A DNA stretch of 64,000 bases. It comes from a virus. Position numbers and translations under genes: made by a program. Of the stretch, positions 46,016-54,298 are shown in pieces; within the stretch, counting starts at the first letter, position 1; each line of letters opens with the position of its first letter. The notes beneath the pieces were generated by a model. It was not told the origin of the DNA, did not search any database, and worked only from the letters and a program-made list of their open reading frames with translations. Location of the stretch: IMG/VR virus record IMGVR_UViG_3300044838_000061, positions 1-64,000 of that record; one strand, given 5' to 3'.

Positions 46016-46535
46016 CGCCGCTCGGGTCGACTTGGTCGTTGACCGGGTCCAGCATCCTCTCAACGGCGTCGTGCTGGACCTTCGCGGAGATCAGGAACGT
46101 ACGGACGTTGGGGTGGTAGATGCGCTCATCGTCACCGAGTTGGTCTAGGGCATACCTGCAGTACCAGGAGGCGAGTCGAGCCGCGTCAATTCCGGTGAGT
46201 GGGAACTCTGGCTCCGGACGAAGGTGAATCGACGGCGAAGTCGTGGCCGCTTGAGGAATTCCCGAGGCGCAACACGACGAGCAGCGCGCCCCGAGATGTT
46301 CGCCGTGTGTCGGGCACTCCCGCCGATGAAGCGCGGTGAGTGCCACCTCAATCACGCCTGAGAGATCAGCATTAGTGCGCCCACCAACGCTAGAAACAGG
46401 AGAAATAACAGACCAGGCTTGGCCCACGTGGGCCACTCGGCGTCCGGATGGCTCTCCATCAGGTACGGCCTCCGGTGAAGATCCACGCCGCAGTTCGGAC
46501 AGCAACGCTTATCTTCCACGGTTCTGGTCCCGCTC

Positions 46536-47066
46536 CTACCAGTACACGCTGATCTCGACGCTGCCCGAGACGACCTCGAGCCAGACCTTCCCGGAGCTCA
46601 GCTGGATGCCCTGCTCGACAAACTCGCTGCTCTCACCGCCAGATGCGAGGACGATCAGGGGTGCGAGCTCCGGACCGCTCGCGTCTGCCCCGTCGTGGAG
46701 CCTGATCTTCGCCGCGGCTGACCCCGTGGACTCCGTGACTGCCCACCCCAGTACCTCCGGGGGCGTCTCGGTGACGCCATCCACTACGAACGAGATCGAG
46801 CACGAGGTCGAGGCGGGGTTTCCGCCCGTCGGAAGAGCTACGCGAGCGGCCATCGCTCACGGACCTCAGAGGGAGACGATCTGCTCGATGCGCGCGACGT
46901 TGATGCTACGCGCCTTGCCGCCGTCCGCAGGCTGTGTGACGGGCAGGAACCCGGTGGAGATGGCGGCGACCGCAGCGGCGGCGTTCGCGTAGTCGTTGGC
47001 GGTCACGGTGTCGCTTCCGGCACCACCCGAGACTGCGCTGCTCACGATTTTGATGCTGACGGCCAT
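46536..47066 (-). other. two small beta-rich genes (46536-46853, 46866-47066), possibly virion proteins
   Basis: GGAG RBS, Ala/Ser/Gly-rich composition, own upstream promoter-like gap. Confidence 0.5.
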
Positions 47067-47205
47067 TCGCTTCTCCCTTGGGAAAGGTGTTTGTAGCTAG
47101 CTACGGGCAGTCTACCGTACTCCATCCCTACCTGCTATAGTTCCTGCTTCGAGGCGCCCCGCATCCGTCTCGTCTCCTCTCCCCGTACCACCGACCCGGA
47201 CGGCC

Positions 47206-47616
47206 CTAGCGCTGTTCCGGGTCGTGGTCGTCTCGGAGCAGAGCAGGAGTGTCGGCGGAGTCGCGGATCGCACGCGACCGACTCGGCTTACCGAGGACGG
47301 CGGGATCCTCCGTTAGCAGTACGGCGGCGTCGGCTAGACGCATCACGAGGAACCGCTCGCCGTCGGCGTCCTCAACCGCCAGCGCCGGCGTCTCGCCCGT
47401 CCCGGCGGCCATGTCAATGGCCTCGACTATCTGCGAGCGTGTCTCGCCCCACGTGCGTCGTCCCGTGGTGCTCTTGCAGCTGAGCCTGATCCTGCCGCTA
47501 GCGTCGCTGCGTGAGTGCCACTGGTTCCCTGATCCGGGGACTAGGGACAGGCCCAGCGCCTCTGCCGCCTCGCGCTCGAAGACCATGCCGCGTTGGATCG
47601 CGACTCGGTCAGGCAT
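47206..47616 (-). CDS. PD-(D/E)xK resolvase-like nuclease
   Basis: FEREAA..PGSG..SD..LSCKST. Confidence 0.6.
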   Translation of the reverse strand: MPDRVAIQRGMVFEREAAEALGLSLVPGSGNQWHSRSDASGRIRLSCKSTTGRRTWGETRSQIVEAIDMAAGTGETPALAVEDADGERFLVMRLADAAVLLTEDPAVLGKPSRSRAIRDSADTPALLRDDHDPEQR

Positions 47617-47625
47617 CCAGCGTGC

Positions 47626-48207
47626 TCACACGTGGATCCGGTTACCAGTCAGTCGCGCGTGCGCCTCGAGGAACTTGCGCTCGGCTCTGTCGGGCGACCA
47701 GCAGGTTCCGGCCATCGGCAGGAAGCTTTCCTCATTGCGCCAGTGTGGTCCGACCCCGTGCGAGTGCTTGAGGGTCGCGGCCTCGCGTCGCAGCTGGAGG
47801 TAATCGGCGTCCTTCACCGCTTGGTGGTAGAGGAGATCCTGGTCAAAGCCAAACCTCTCAGCGACGGCACGGTCAATGTCGTTCCGCAACTTCTCCAGCA
47901 GCTCGCTGTCGAAGACGTACTTGAGCGGAGACGGCCAGTCACCGAGGTAGGCTTCGTGCGAGTCGTGGTGCAGCGCGGCGAACGCGAGCTCGGGGTACCC
48001 GGCCTCGACGACGCGCTCACTGACGTAGACAGCGTGCTCTGCGACCGAGAAATATTTGACCGTCTGCCCAGCGAACCGGCAAGTGTTGGCGAGTCCACGC
48101 GCCACATCGGCGACCTCTACGTGCTCAACACGCGGATCGAGGTAGTCGAGGTAGTGCCCGCAGTAGGTCTCGACGCTGGTGACAAGATGGCGGTCGACGA
48201 TGGTCAT
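47626..48207 (-). CDS. HD-domain phosphohydrolase (YfbR/YfdR-like)
   Basis: CRFAGQ..FSVAEH..LHHDSHEAYLGD.PSPLK..AD. Confidence 0.85.
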   Translation of the reverse strand: MTIVDRHLVTSVETYCGHYLDYLDPRVEHVEVADVARGLANTCRFAGQTVKYFSVAEHAVYVSERVVEAGYPELAFAALHHDSHEAYLGDWPSPLKYVFDSELLEKLRNDIDRAVAERFGFDQDLLYHQAVKDADYLQLRREAATLKHSHGVGPHWRNEESFLPMAGTCWSPDRAERKFLEAHARLTGNRIHV

Positions 48208-48587
48208 CGCGAGTGCTGCGCGTTCGACATTGACGAACGCTCGTCCTGCTCCTGTGTGGGTGGCTGCGGACCACGGTCATCGTGGAATGTCCCCGCTTCC
48301 ATCGCACCAAAGAGCACATGAATATTGGCCCCGATGTGCGAAAGGTGACTTAGCCCACTCTCTGGGTCGAGATCCTCACCGTTCAACCACGCGCCGATAT
48401 GACGACGAACAGCAGCTCCGTACGTCGAAGCGAAAATCGCACCGATGCTCTTGTAGTTCTGCTTTCCATACTTGACCGCCCCGGTGTGGATAGCTCGCGC
48501 GATCTCGACATCGGCAGCGTGCTCAAGAAGGTCGAGCGGTGCCTTCATGTCGCGCGTCGCCGCAGCCTGCTTCGGGTTTAGCGGCAC
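48204..48587 (-). CDS. dATP/dGTP diphosphohydrolase domain protein (DUF5664-like)
   Basis: KAPLDLL..GAVKYG..NY..RRHI.AW..GEDLDPESGLSHL.H. Confidence 0.85.
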   Translation of the reverse strand: MPLNPKQAAATRDMKAPLDLLEHAADVEIARAIHTGAVKYGKQNYKSIGAIFASTYGAAVRRHIGAWLNGEDLDPESGLSHLSHIGANIHVLFGAMEAGTFHDDRGPQPPTQEQDERSSMSNAQHSR

Positions 48588-48588
48588 C

Positions 48589-49626
48589 TCAGTTCACCCA
48601 GACGATCCGCTCGCTGGTGACCATTCCCTTCTGCGGCTCAATGAAGTTCAGGCGTTGTCCCGGCGAGCCGATCGCGGCCACGAACTCCTGAGCGTATGTG
48701 CTACCCGACTCGAGCGACGGGTTCATGAATGCCCGACGGTGACCCTCGGCCATCGGGAGCACCATCGGCTGGTGGAAGTGCCCGAGGTACACGTCGATGA
48801 ACGGCTCGACGACACCAGCGGCCCAAGCGTTCACCTTGCGGGCGACGCCAAAGGCGGGGAGGTTGCCGCCGAACTGCTTGATCTGATCTCCGTGGACGAG
48901 TAGCGCCCGGTAGTTCCCGATCACGACGATCTGGTACCACCGCTCGCGCGGGTGCCAGACGATCCTGCCGGCACGCTCATACTCCGCCAGACGCTCGCGT
49001 GCTTCCCGGTACGTGAACAGGTCAGCGTTATCCTCCCGCGGACCCTCTCCGTACGACCCGAGGCGTCCATGATTCCCATCGACCTCCCACATGTGAATCC
49101 GCTCGAAGACCGAGAGCTCAATCCGCGCCAGTTCCTCGATCGCCCCAACGCAGTTGAATGTCTGCTTGAACAAACCAGAGTCGATCTCGAATGCCTGACC
49201 CTTGAAGATGTGGGTTCCTTCAGGGAAGTCTCCCCCGAGCATGTTGTGACACTCCCTCACGGGATGGTCAGCGCGCTCGATCTCCGTCAGCCTGACGAGC
49301 TTGTTCGCGACCTGTCTGACTCGATCTCGGGCGATCTCCGAGTTGAAGGTCTCGGTCACCTTCCCAAGCTGCCAGTCGGACAGGTGCAGAAGCGCGACCT
49401 CCTCCTTGGCGCGTCGCCGTCGATCCTTAGGAGGAGGTGAGACGGGCGGCGGGTTACCAAGAATCACCGCCGCTTCTCGCGCGCCATCATGCGCCGCCTG
49501 CACCAAGTCGGCGGTCTTCGTCTCGGCGCGACGCAGGCGTGCCTGTAGCTTGCTGACCGTACCGCGTAGCTCTCCGACCTCCGTCAGCTGCTTGAACTCC
49601 TCGAGACCATCGTCAGGCGTCGGCAC
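48589..49626 (-). CDS. calcineurin-like metallophosphoesterase
   Basis: LSDWQ, GGD, GNHGR, VHGD, GHFH; likely GTG start at 49626. Confidence 0.85.
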   Translation of the reverse strand: MPTPDDGLEEFKQLTEVGELRGTVSKLQARLRRAETKTADLVQAAHDGAREAAVILGNPPPVSPPPKDRRRRAKEEVALLHLSDWQLGKVTETFNSEIARDRVRQVANKLVRLTEIERADHPVRECHNMLGGDFPEGTHIFKGQAFEIDSGLFKQTFNCVGAIEELARIELSVFERIHMWEVDGNHGRLGSYGEGPREDNADLFTYREARERLAEYERAGRIVWHPRERWYQIVVIGNYRALLVHGDQIKQFGGNLPAFGVARKVNAWAAGVVEPFIDVYLGHFHQPMVLPMAEGHRRAFMNPSLESGSTYAQEFVAAIGSPGQRLNFIEPQKGMVTSERIVWVN

Positions 49627-49885
49627 AGGAGCACTTCCCGTCTCGGTGCGACAACGCGTGCTGCCAAGCGCCAGTCCATCGGTCCTTACCGTGTGACTCC
49701 AGCCACAGGTGTAACGCTTGGTTGCTGATGATCCCCGCGTCCTCCCGACATGCGGCCTCAAACTGCTCTCGCTCACCCTTGCCGAGCGCGTCGAGCACCG
49801 GACGCACAAGACATGGCTTGCGCTTCCCTCGACGAGTCAGCTTGTAGAACTCCGCCAGATCCGGCTTGTCAGCCGTAGCCGTCAT
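49613..49885 (-). CDS. small Cys/His protein upstream of the phosphoesterase
   Basis: GGAG RBS; C...HRDGKCSC. Confidence 0.6.
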   Translation of the reverse strand: MTATADKPDLAEFYKLTRRGKRKPCLVRPVLDALGKGEREQFEAACREDAGIISNQALHLWLESHGKDRWTGAWQHALSHRDGKCSCADA

Positions 49886-49915
49886 ACGCCTCTCCTTTGA
49901 GTTAGTCGTGTGGGA

Positions 49916-50665
49916 CTAGGCCGCGTGCTGCTCGTCGGTTGGTGGGTGATCCTCCGGGACCGCTGAGGGCTCACTCACCTCCGCAGGGGAGTCAGCGACC
50001 CGCACCTCTACGCCGAGAGGGCGTTCCGGTGGGACATCTGAGTCCGGGATGGACTCGGGGGAAGGTTCAGCCTGCGTCGACTCGTCTGCGGGATCCTGGA
50101 GGGACGCGTCAGACGCAGGCTCGGTGACGGTCGCGCTCTCTTCGTGCGCCGACTCGTCCACCGCCGAGGATGTCGCTTCATCGACATCCGCGGGCTCAGT
50201 CGGGCCAGCCGACTCCGCTGGTGGCGTAGGGTCCGAGAGAGACTCCTCTACGGCCGTGTCCCACTCGGCCTGAGGCTCGCTCAGCGCCGCCTGGGGAACT
50301 GGCTCCTGTGCGGCAGGGGGGGACTGGTCCTCGGTCGCGGGAGCCGCGGTGGACGCCTCGGGCGGGAAGTTGCGGGGGGATCCTCCGGCCGCCTCCAGCC
50401 CCGCGTCCTCTACGGGCTGCGCCGGAGGAAGGACCGAGTTGACCTGGATGTTGACGCCGTCGCCGGGCTGGTCGTCGTACTCGTTGATGTGCCCATAGAC
50501 GCTCACGGCGACGTGTCCGCCCACGGCACGCGCGACATCGTCGGCGGCGTCCTTGATGACGGCGAGGATCTGCGCCTCGCGCTCGTGTCCTGCCTTGTAC
50601 GAGAACTGCACGTCGACCTCGTCCGCGGGGACCGCGGCCTGCTGTGTTCCTGTTCCGAAGCTCAT
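49916..50665 (-). CDS. acidic Pro/Glu-rich, largely disordered protein
   Basis: ATG 50665 with purine-rich RBS; low-complexity C-terminal two thirds. Confidence 0.55.
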   Translation of the reverse strand: MSFGTGTQQAAVPADEVDVQFSYKAGHEREAQILAVIKDAADDVARAVGGHVAVSVYGHINEYDDQPGDGVNIQVNSVLPPAQPVEDAGLEAAGGSPRNFPPEASTAAPATEDQSPPAAQEPVPQAALSEPQAEWDTAVEESLSDPTPPAESAGPTEPADVDEATSSAVDESAHEESATVTEPASDASLQDPADESTQAEPSPESIPDSDVPPERPLGVEVRVADSPAEVSEPSAVPEDHPPTDEQHAA

Positions 50666-50696
50666 CTGCTGTCTTCCTCTCTCTCGTTCTGTAGTT

Positions 50697-51161
50697 CTAA
50701 GTCGAAATCTGTGACTGGGACGGTGCTGGCGCTGTAGCCGTACTCGCCGATGTCTGGCCCATCTGCTGCGCTTGTGAGAGCCGTCCCGCGATCTGTTCGA
50801 CAACGTCCTCAACCGATGGCGGAGCATGAACCAGCTGTCCTACCTGCTCGACGATCTGCTCTGCGTGTGAATCGAGCAGTTTCTCGAGGTCGACCGGGCC
50901 GAGGGTCACCTGCAGCCTCCGTACTACCTCCGCGACGATGTCCTCGACGCTGTCAGCTGTCCTGACGAACTTCTGCCTGTCGTGGAGCCACTTGATCGCG
51001 GCACTCGCGGCACCCACGAACCCAGCGATCTCCAAAGCTGTCACCTGAGCCGCGTCGAGGTGCGGGAGACCGGGAAACTTGCTCGCGATCAGTCCGGTCA
51101 ACCATGCGGCCACGGCCGCGAAAACAGGCGTAAGGAGGGTGACCGCCCGCTCAATCGACAT
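50697..51161 (-). CDS. putative holin
   Basis: Two N-terminal TM segments; downstream of the endolysin. Confidence 0.55.
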   Translation of the reverse strand: MSIERAVTLLTPVFAAVAAWLTGLIASKFPGLPHLDAAQVTALEIAGFVGAASAAIKWLHDRQKFVRTADSVEDIVAEVVRRLQVTLGPVDLEKLLDSHAEQIVEQVGQLVHAPPSVEDVVEQIAGRLSQAQQMGQTSASTATAPAPSQSQIST

Positions 51162-51444
51162 CTAATCGCCGTTCCTAATTAGGTGAAAGAAGACCCCCAG
51201 CAGAGCCAGAAGAGCGACGAGAAGCACAATCAGGAATGCCACGTCGGCACTCACCGGGAAGGTCACCTGCTCCCGTCGTAGTCGTCTAGGGCCTGCGCCG
51301 GACTACGACCGATGCCGACACGCCCATCTCTGTCACGAATCACGCAGCGCTGGTGGCCGTCGAGAGACAACGTCAGACCGCTACGGCGTATGCGGTCCCA
51401 CTGGTCGTCGATCAGCGCACGAGAGAGCGGGACGGTAGTGCTCA

Positions 51445-52188
51445 TCACGCGTGCCAGCCATGCGCCGTGCGTGGGACAGTCACGTCCCCGCCTTGGCCGA
51501 GCAGCGTCTCCCAGGTGGCGAAGCTCATGCAGAAGCAGCCGCCGGGAATCTCGGCGCGCGCCACTCCGTAGCCCGCGCCCCACGAGTTCGGGAACCACAC
51601 CAGCTCGTTGAGCACGTCGATCTCGTTGGCGACGATCTCGTGGCCGCCGCGGACCGTCGCGCCCTTGGCGATCGTCACGAGACCCGAGGCGTCGGGCGAG
51701 TCGAATGACGTGAACCAGTTGATGCCTGTGATGACGGGGCGCAACACCAGCGCGGCCAGAGCCTGGTGGATGTCAGCTGCGTGCTGATAGGCGCGAAGCA
51801 TCCCGGCGTTCTTGGCCGCCTGGCAGACCTCGGTGCCCGAACCGCCCGGGTCGTCGGTCGCGGGGTTGCCGCCTTCGAGCACGATCTCCTCGTCGTAAAG
51901 ATGGTCGGCATCAGGCTGAACGAGCGGCGCCTGGCCGCGGGCGCCTGTACCGAAGTGCGGCAGGCAATTCAGCGCACCGCACACCGACTCGGCGGTGCAG
52001 GAGCCGCGAGCCTGGCTGAGCGGCAGCCCGGCGGATACGTGGCGAACTGAGACGAGCGCCGTCGCCGTCGCCGTCTCGGCCGGAAAGTTCGCCGAGCGCG
52101 AGTCGATGTGAATGTGGCGACCCAGCGGCTTGCCGGGGACGACGAGCTCGGGGATCTGAATACGGATGACGGCGGGTGCGATGCTCAC
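51445..52188 (-). CDS. papain-like (C1A) cysteine peptidase
   Basis: SQARGSCT (Q, C), GGHEI (H), NSWG (N). Confidence 0.8.
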   Translation of the reverse strand: MSIAPAVIRIQIPELVVPGKPLGRHIHIDSRSANFPAETATATALVSVRHVSAGLPLSQARGSCTAESVCGALNCLPHFGTGARGQAPLVQPDADHLYDEEIVLEGGNPATDDPGGSGTEVCQAAKNAGMLRAYQHAADIHQALAALVLRPVITGINWFTSFDSPDASGLVTIAKGATVRGGHEIVANEIDVLNELVWFPNSWGAGYGVARAEIPGGCFCMSFATWETLLGQGGDVTVPRTAHGWHA

Positions 52189-52336
52189 AGCGCGTTGACC
52201 GCCGGCGCTAGTCCGGTGACGAAGATGCCGAGGATCGTCAGGTTGGCTAGCGACCCGTGGAAGGAGTGGTCGGGTGAGGTCGCGACACCTACGCGCAACG
52301 ACACAAAGGAGAAGATGAAGATCGCACCGAGGACGG

Positions 52337-52732
52337 TCACGCTGGGGTCGCCTCCAGCGGGAGGACCATGAAGTTGCTCGCCTGCCCGGCTGCCTGCCAC
52401 GCTGTGCCGAGGGCATCACCAGCGGCAGGGTCACTCGTGAGGTAGGCGTGGTATTGCGGCGCAGCTTGGAACACCTGCTCGCCGCGATAGACGACCCACG
52501 ATGCTGAGGAGGGTGTCGGGTGCTGGGTGCTCAGCGCCTCAATCAAGAGCACCATGAACCCGAGCGGCTTCTCGTTCGCAGACGAGGCGGACTGTTCAAG
52601 GTTCTGACCAATGACCTGTGCCGACGCCTCACTCGTGGGACCGTAGGCATGGCAATCGAGCCGGAAGCCGCCCTCAGCCCCGGAATCCGGAATCTGCTGG
52701 TAGGTGTAGAGAACGAACGACTGCTCGGTCAT
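52337..52732 (-). CDS. hypothetical protein in the lysis region
   Basis: ATG two nt after the endolysin stop. Confidence 0.5.
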   Translation of the reverse strand: MTEQSFVLYTYQQIPDSGAEGGFRLDCHAYGPTSEASAQVIGQNLEQSASSANEKPLGFMVLLIEALSTQHPTPSSASWVVYRGEQVFQAAPQYHAYLTSDPAAGDALGTAWQAAGQASNFMVLPLEATPA

Positions 52733-52734
52733 CG

Positions 52735-53928
52735 CTACAACCGACTCGTCGCAAGCGTGTGGTTGATGCGTCCCTGGAAGTAGAGGTACCGATTCCACGG
52801 CGACCTGCACCGAGCAGGTAGAGGAACGCCTTGCGGTGGCGGCACGCAATGGAGTCGGCTGACCATCGCGTGATAGCTGGCCTTCGCCGCACCCGTCCAG
52901 ACCGCTACAGCCGGCCGGATGATCTGACACTCAGCCGCCCCAAGGTTCCGGCGCTTGCCGAAGCATCGCGGGTAGTAGCCGTGCGCGGTGTCGACGAGCT
53001 TCTGGAAATGGTCGACGCGCCACGCGAGCTGCCCGCATGTCCCGCTGGTGAGGACGGGCTGGCGGCAGCCGTGGAGGTAGTAGGCGTGCAGCGATCCGCC
53101 GCGCTCGGCGATCCGTGTGCGGGTCAGTGCTGGCGACGGTCCGGGCGGCGTGGCATGGACGAACGCGTGGAACTGGTCGAGCGAGCCGAGATAGACGCTC
53201 AGGTCGATCGGCGTCGAGGTGAACTGGTGCGCGTTGTAGCCCGTCGTCCCGCACGGCACCGGAGCATTCGGATATCCCGACAGCCATGCCGACACCAGGC
53301 CGGACGGCCACTGGCAGCCCGCGTGCGGACCCCAGTACCAGTCGCCCGTGTAGATGCCGACGCGGTAGCCCTTGGAGCGGAGATAAGCGATCTGCGCGAG
53401 CAGCCCGCCATAGCTGAAGTTGCCGTACTCGACATCGAGATAGGCGGGGAACGTGTTGGGCGTGGACGGGCCGATCCCAGCGGCTTGCAGGCGCGCGACG
53501 AACACCTGCGCCTCGCTGACCGTGTAGTCCTGGTCAAAGTCGTACTCGCCAACCGCGAGCCCAGCCGCACGCGCGGAGGCCACCATGCCGACGGCGGTGG
53601 AGTCGATGAACCCGACGCCCTGGTTCGCCTTGACGATCAGCCCCACCTGTCCGCGCTGCTTGATCGCGGCCCCGCAGTAGCACGGATCGTTGTTGGACAG
53701 GTCCTGGTATACCGGGCCGCCCGAGGTCGTCGAGCGCGGAGCCGTGAGTCCGAGCCGCGGCTTCGGCGCGCACACGCCCATCGCGCCATGACCAGCCGCA
53801 GCCTGCGGACAGGCAGCGTCAGCGGCGCCAGAGACGACGTCCGGCACCCGCTTGATCGTCGTCTTGTGGGAACCGCCGCAACCTGTGACGGCGACAGTGA
53901 GTAGCGAGAGGGCTAGGACTCGTCTCAT
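52735..53928 (-). CDS. GH25 muramidase endolysin with lipoprotein signal
   Basis: DLS, IVKANQG, G.YDF, LDVE, GIYT, W.SGY, HQFT; lipobox VTG-C17. Confidence 0.8.
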   Translation of the reverse strand: MRRVLALSLLTVAVTGCGGSHKTTIKRVPDVVSGAADAACPQAAAGHGAMGVCAPKPRLGLTAPRSTTSGGPVYQDLSNNDPCYCGAAIKQRGQVGLIVKANQGVGFIDSTAVGMVASARAAGLAVGEYDFDQDYTVSEAQVFVARLQAAGIGPSTPNTFPAYLDVEYGNFSYGGLLAQIAYLRSKGYRVGIYTGDWYWGPHAGCQWPSGLVSAWLSGYPNAPVPCGTTGYNAHQFTSTPIDLSVYLGSLDQFHAFVHATPPGPSPALTRTRIAERGGSLHAYYLHGCRQPVLTSGTCGQLAWRVDHFQKLVDTAHGYYPRCFGKRRNLGAAECQIIRPAVAVWTGAAKASYHAMVSRLHCVPPPQGVPLPARCRSPWNRYLYFQGRINHTLATSRL

Positions 53929-54037
53929 TCGGCAGAGCGTAGTATAGCCAGTTCCTAGAACTAAAGTAGGTCTGCCTCAAGATGTATCCTGTATCGGATA
54001 CCTCGACCACGGAAGAGGAACCATTGAGCAGACCAAG

Positions 54038-54298
54038 TTGGGGCGAGGGACATCGCAAGGTCGGACACAAAGCACCAGGAGAGGGCGCAAGAACCCGAAG
54101 CCGGGTACTCACCGCCAGCACCGTAAGAAGCTCCCGACCCTCTATGAGGCGCCCCGCGCGACCGAGCGACGCCGACGACTGCTCGAGCTTCGAGAGCGGG
54201 ATCTAGAGGAAGTCAGCGAGGACGACGACTACCTCAGCCCCTACGAGCTTGAGCCAACCGACTTCGAGGAGTCGGTTCCCCCTAAGAAGAGAGCTTGA
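54038..54298 (+). CDS. small protein, basic N-terminus and acidic C-terminus
   Basis: Fills the portal-endolysin gap on the opposite strand. Confidence 0.4.
   Translation: MGRGTSQGRTQSTRRGRKNPKPGTHRQHRKKLPTLYEAPRATERRRRLLELRERDLEEVSEDDDYLSPYELEPTDFEESVPPKKRA

Noticed and set aside
47626-48587. Firm call of a Z-base (2-aminoadenine) genome
   Set aside because: No purZ in the window, and both families are common without it.
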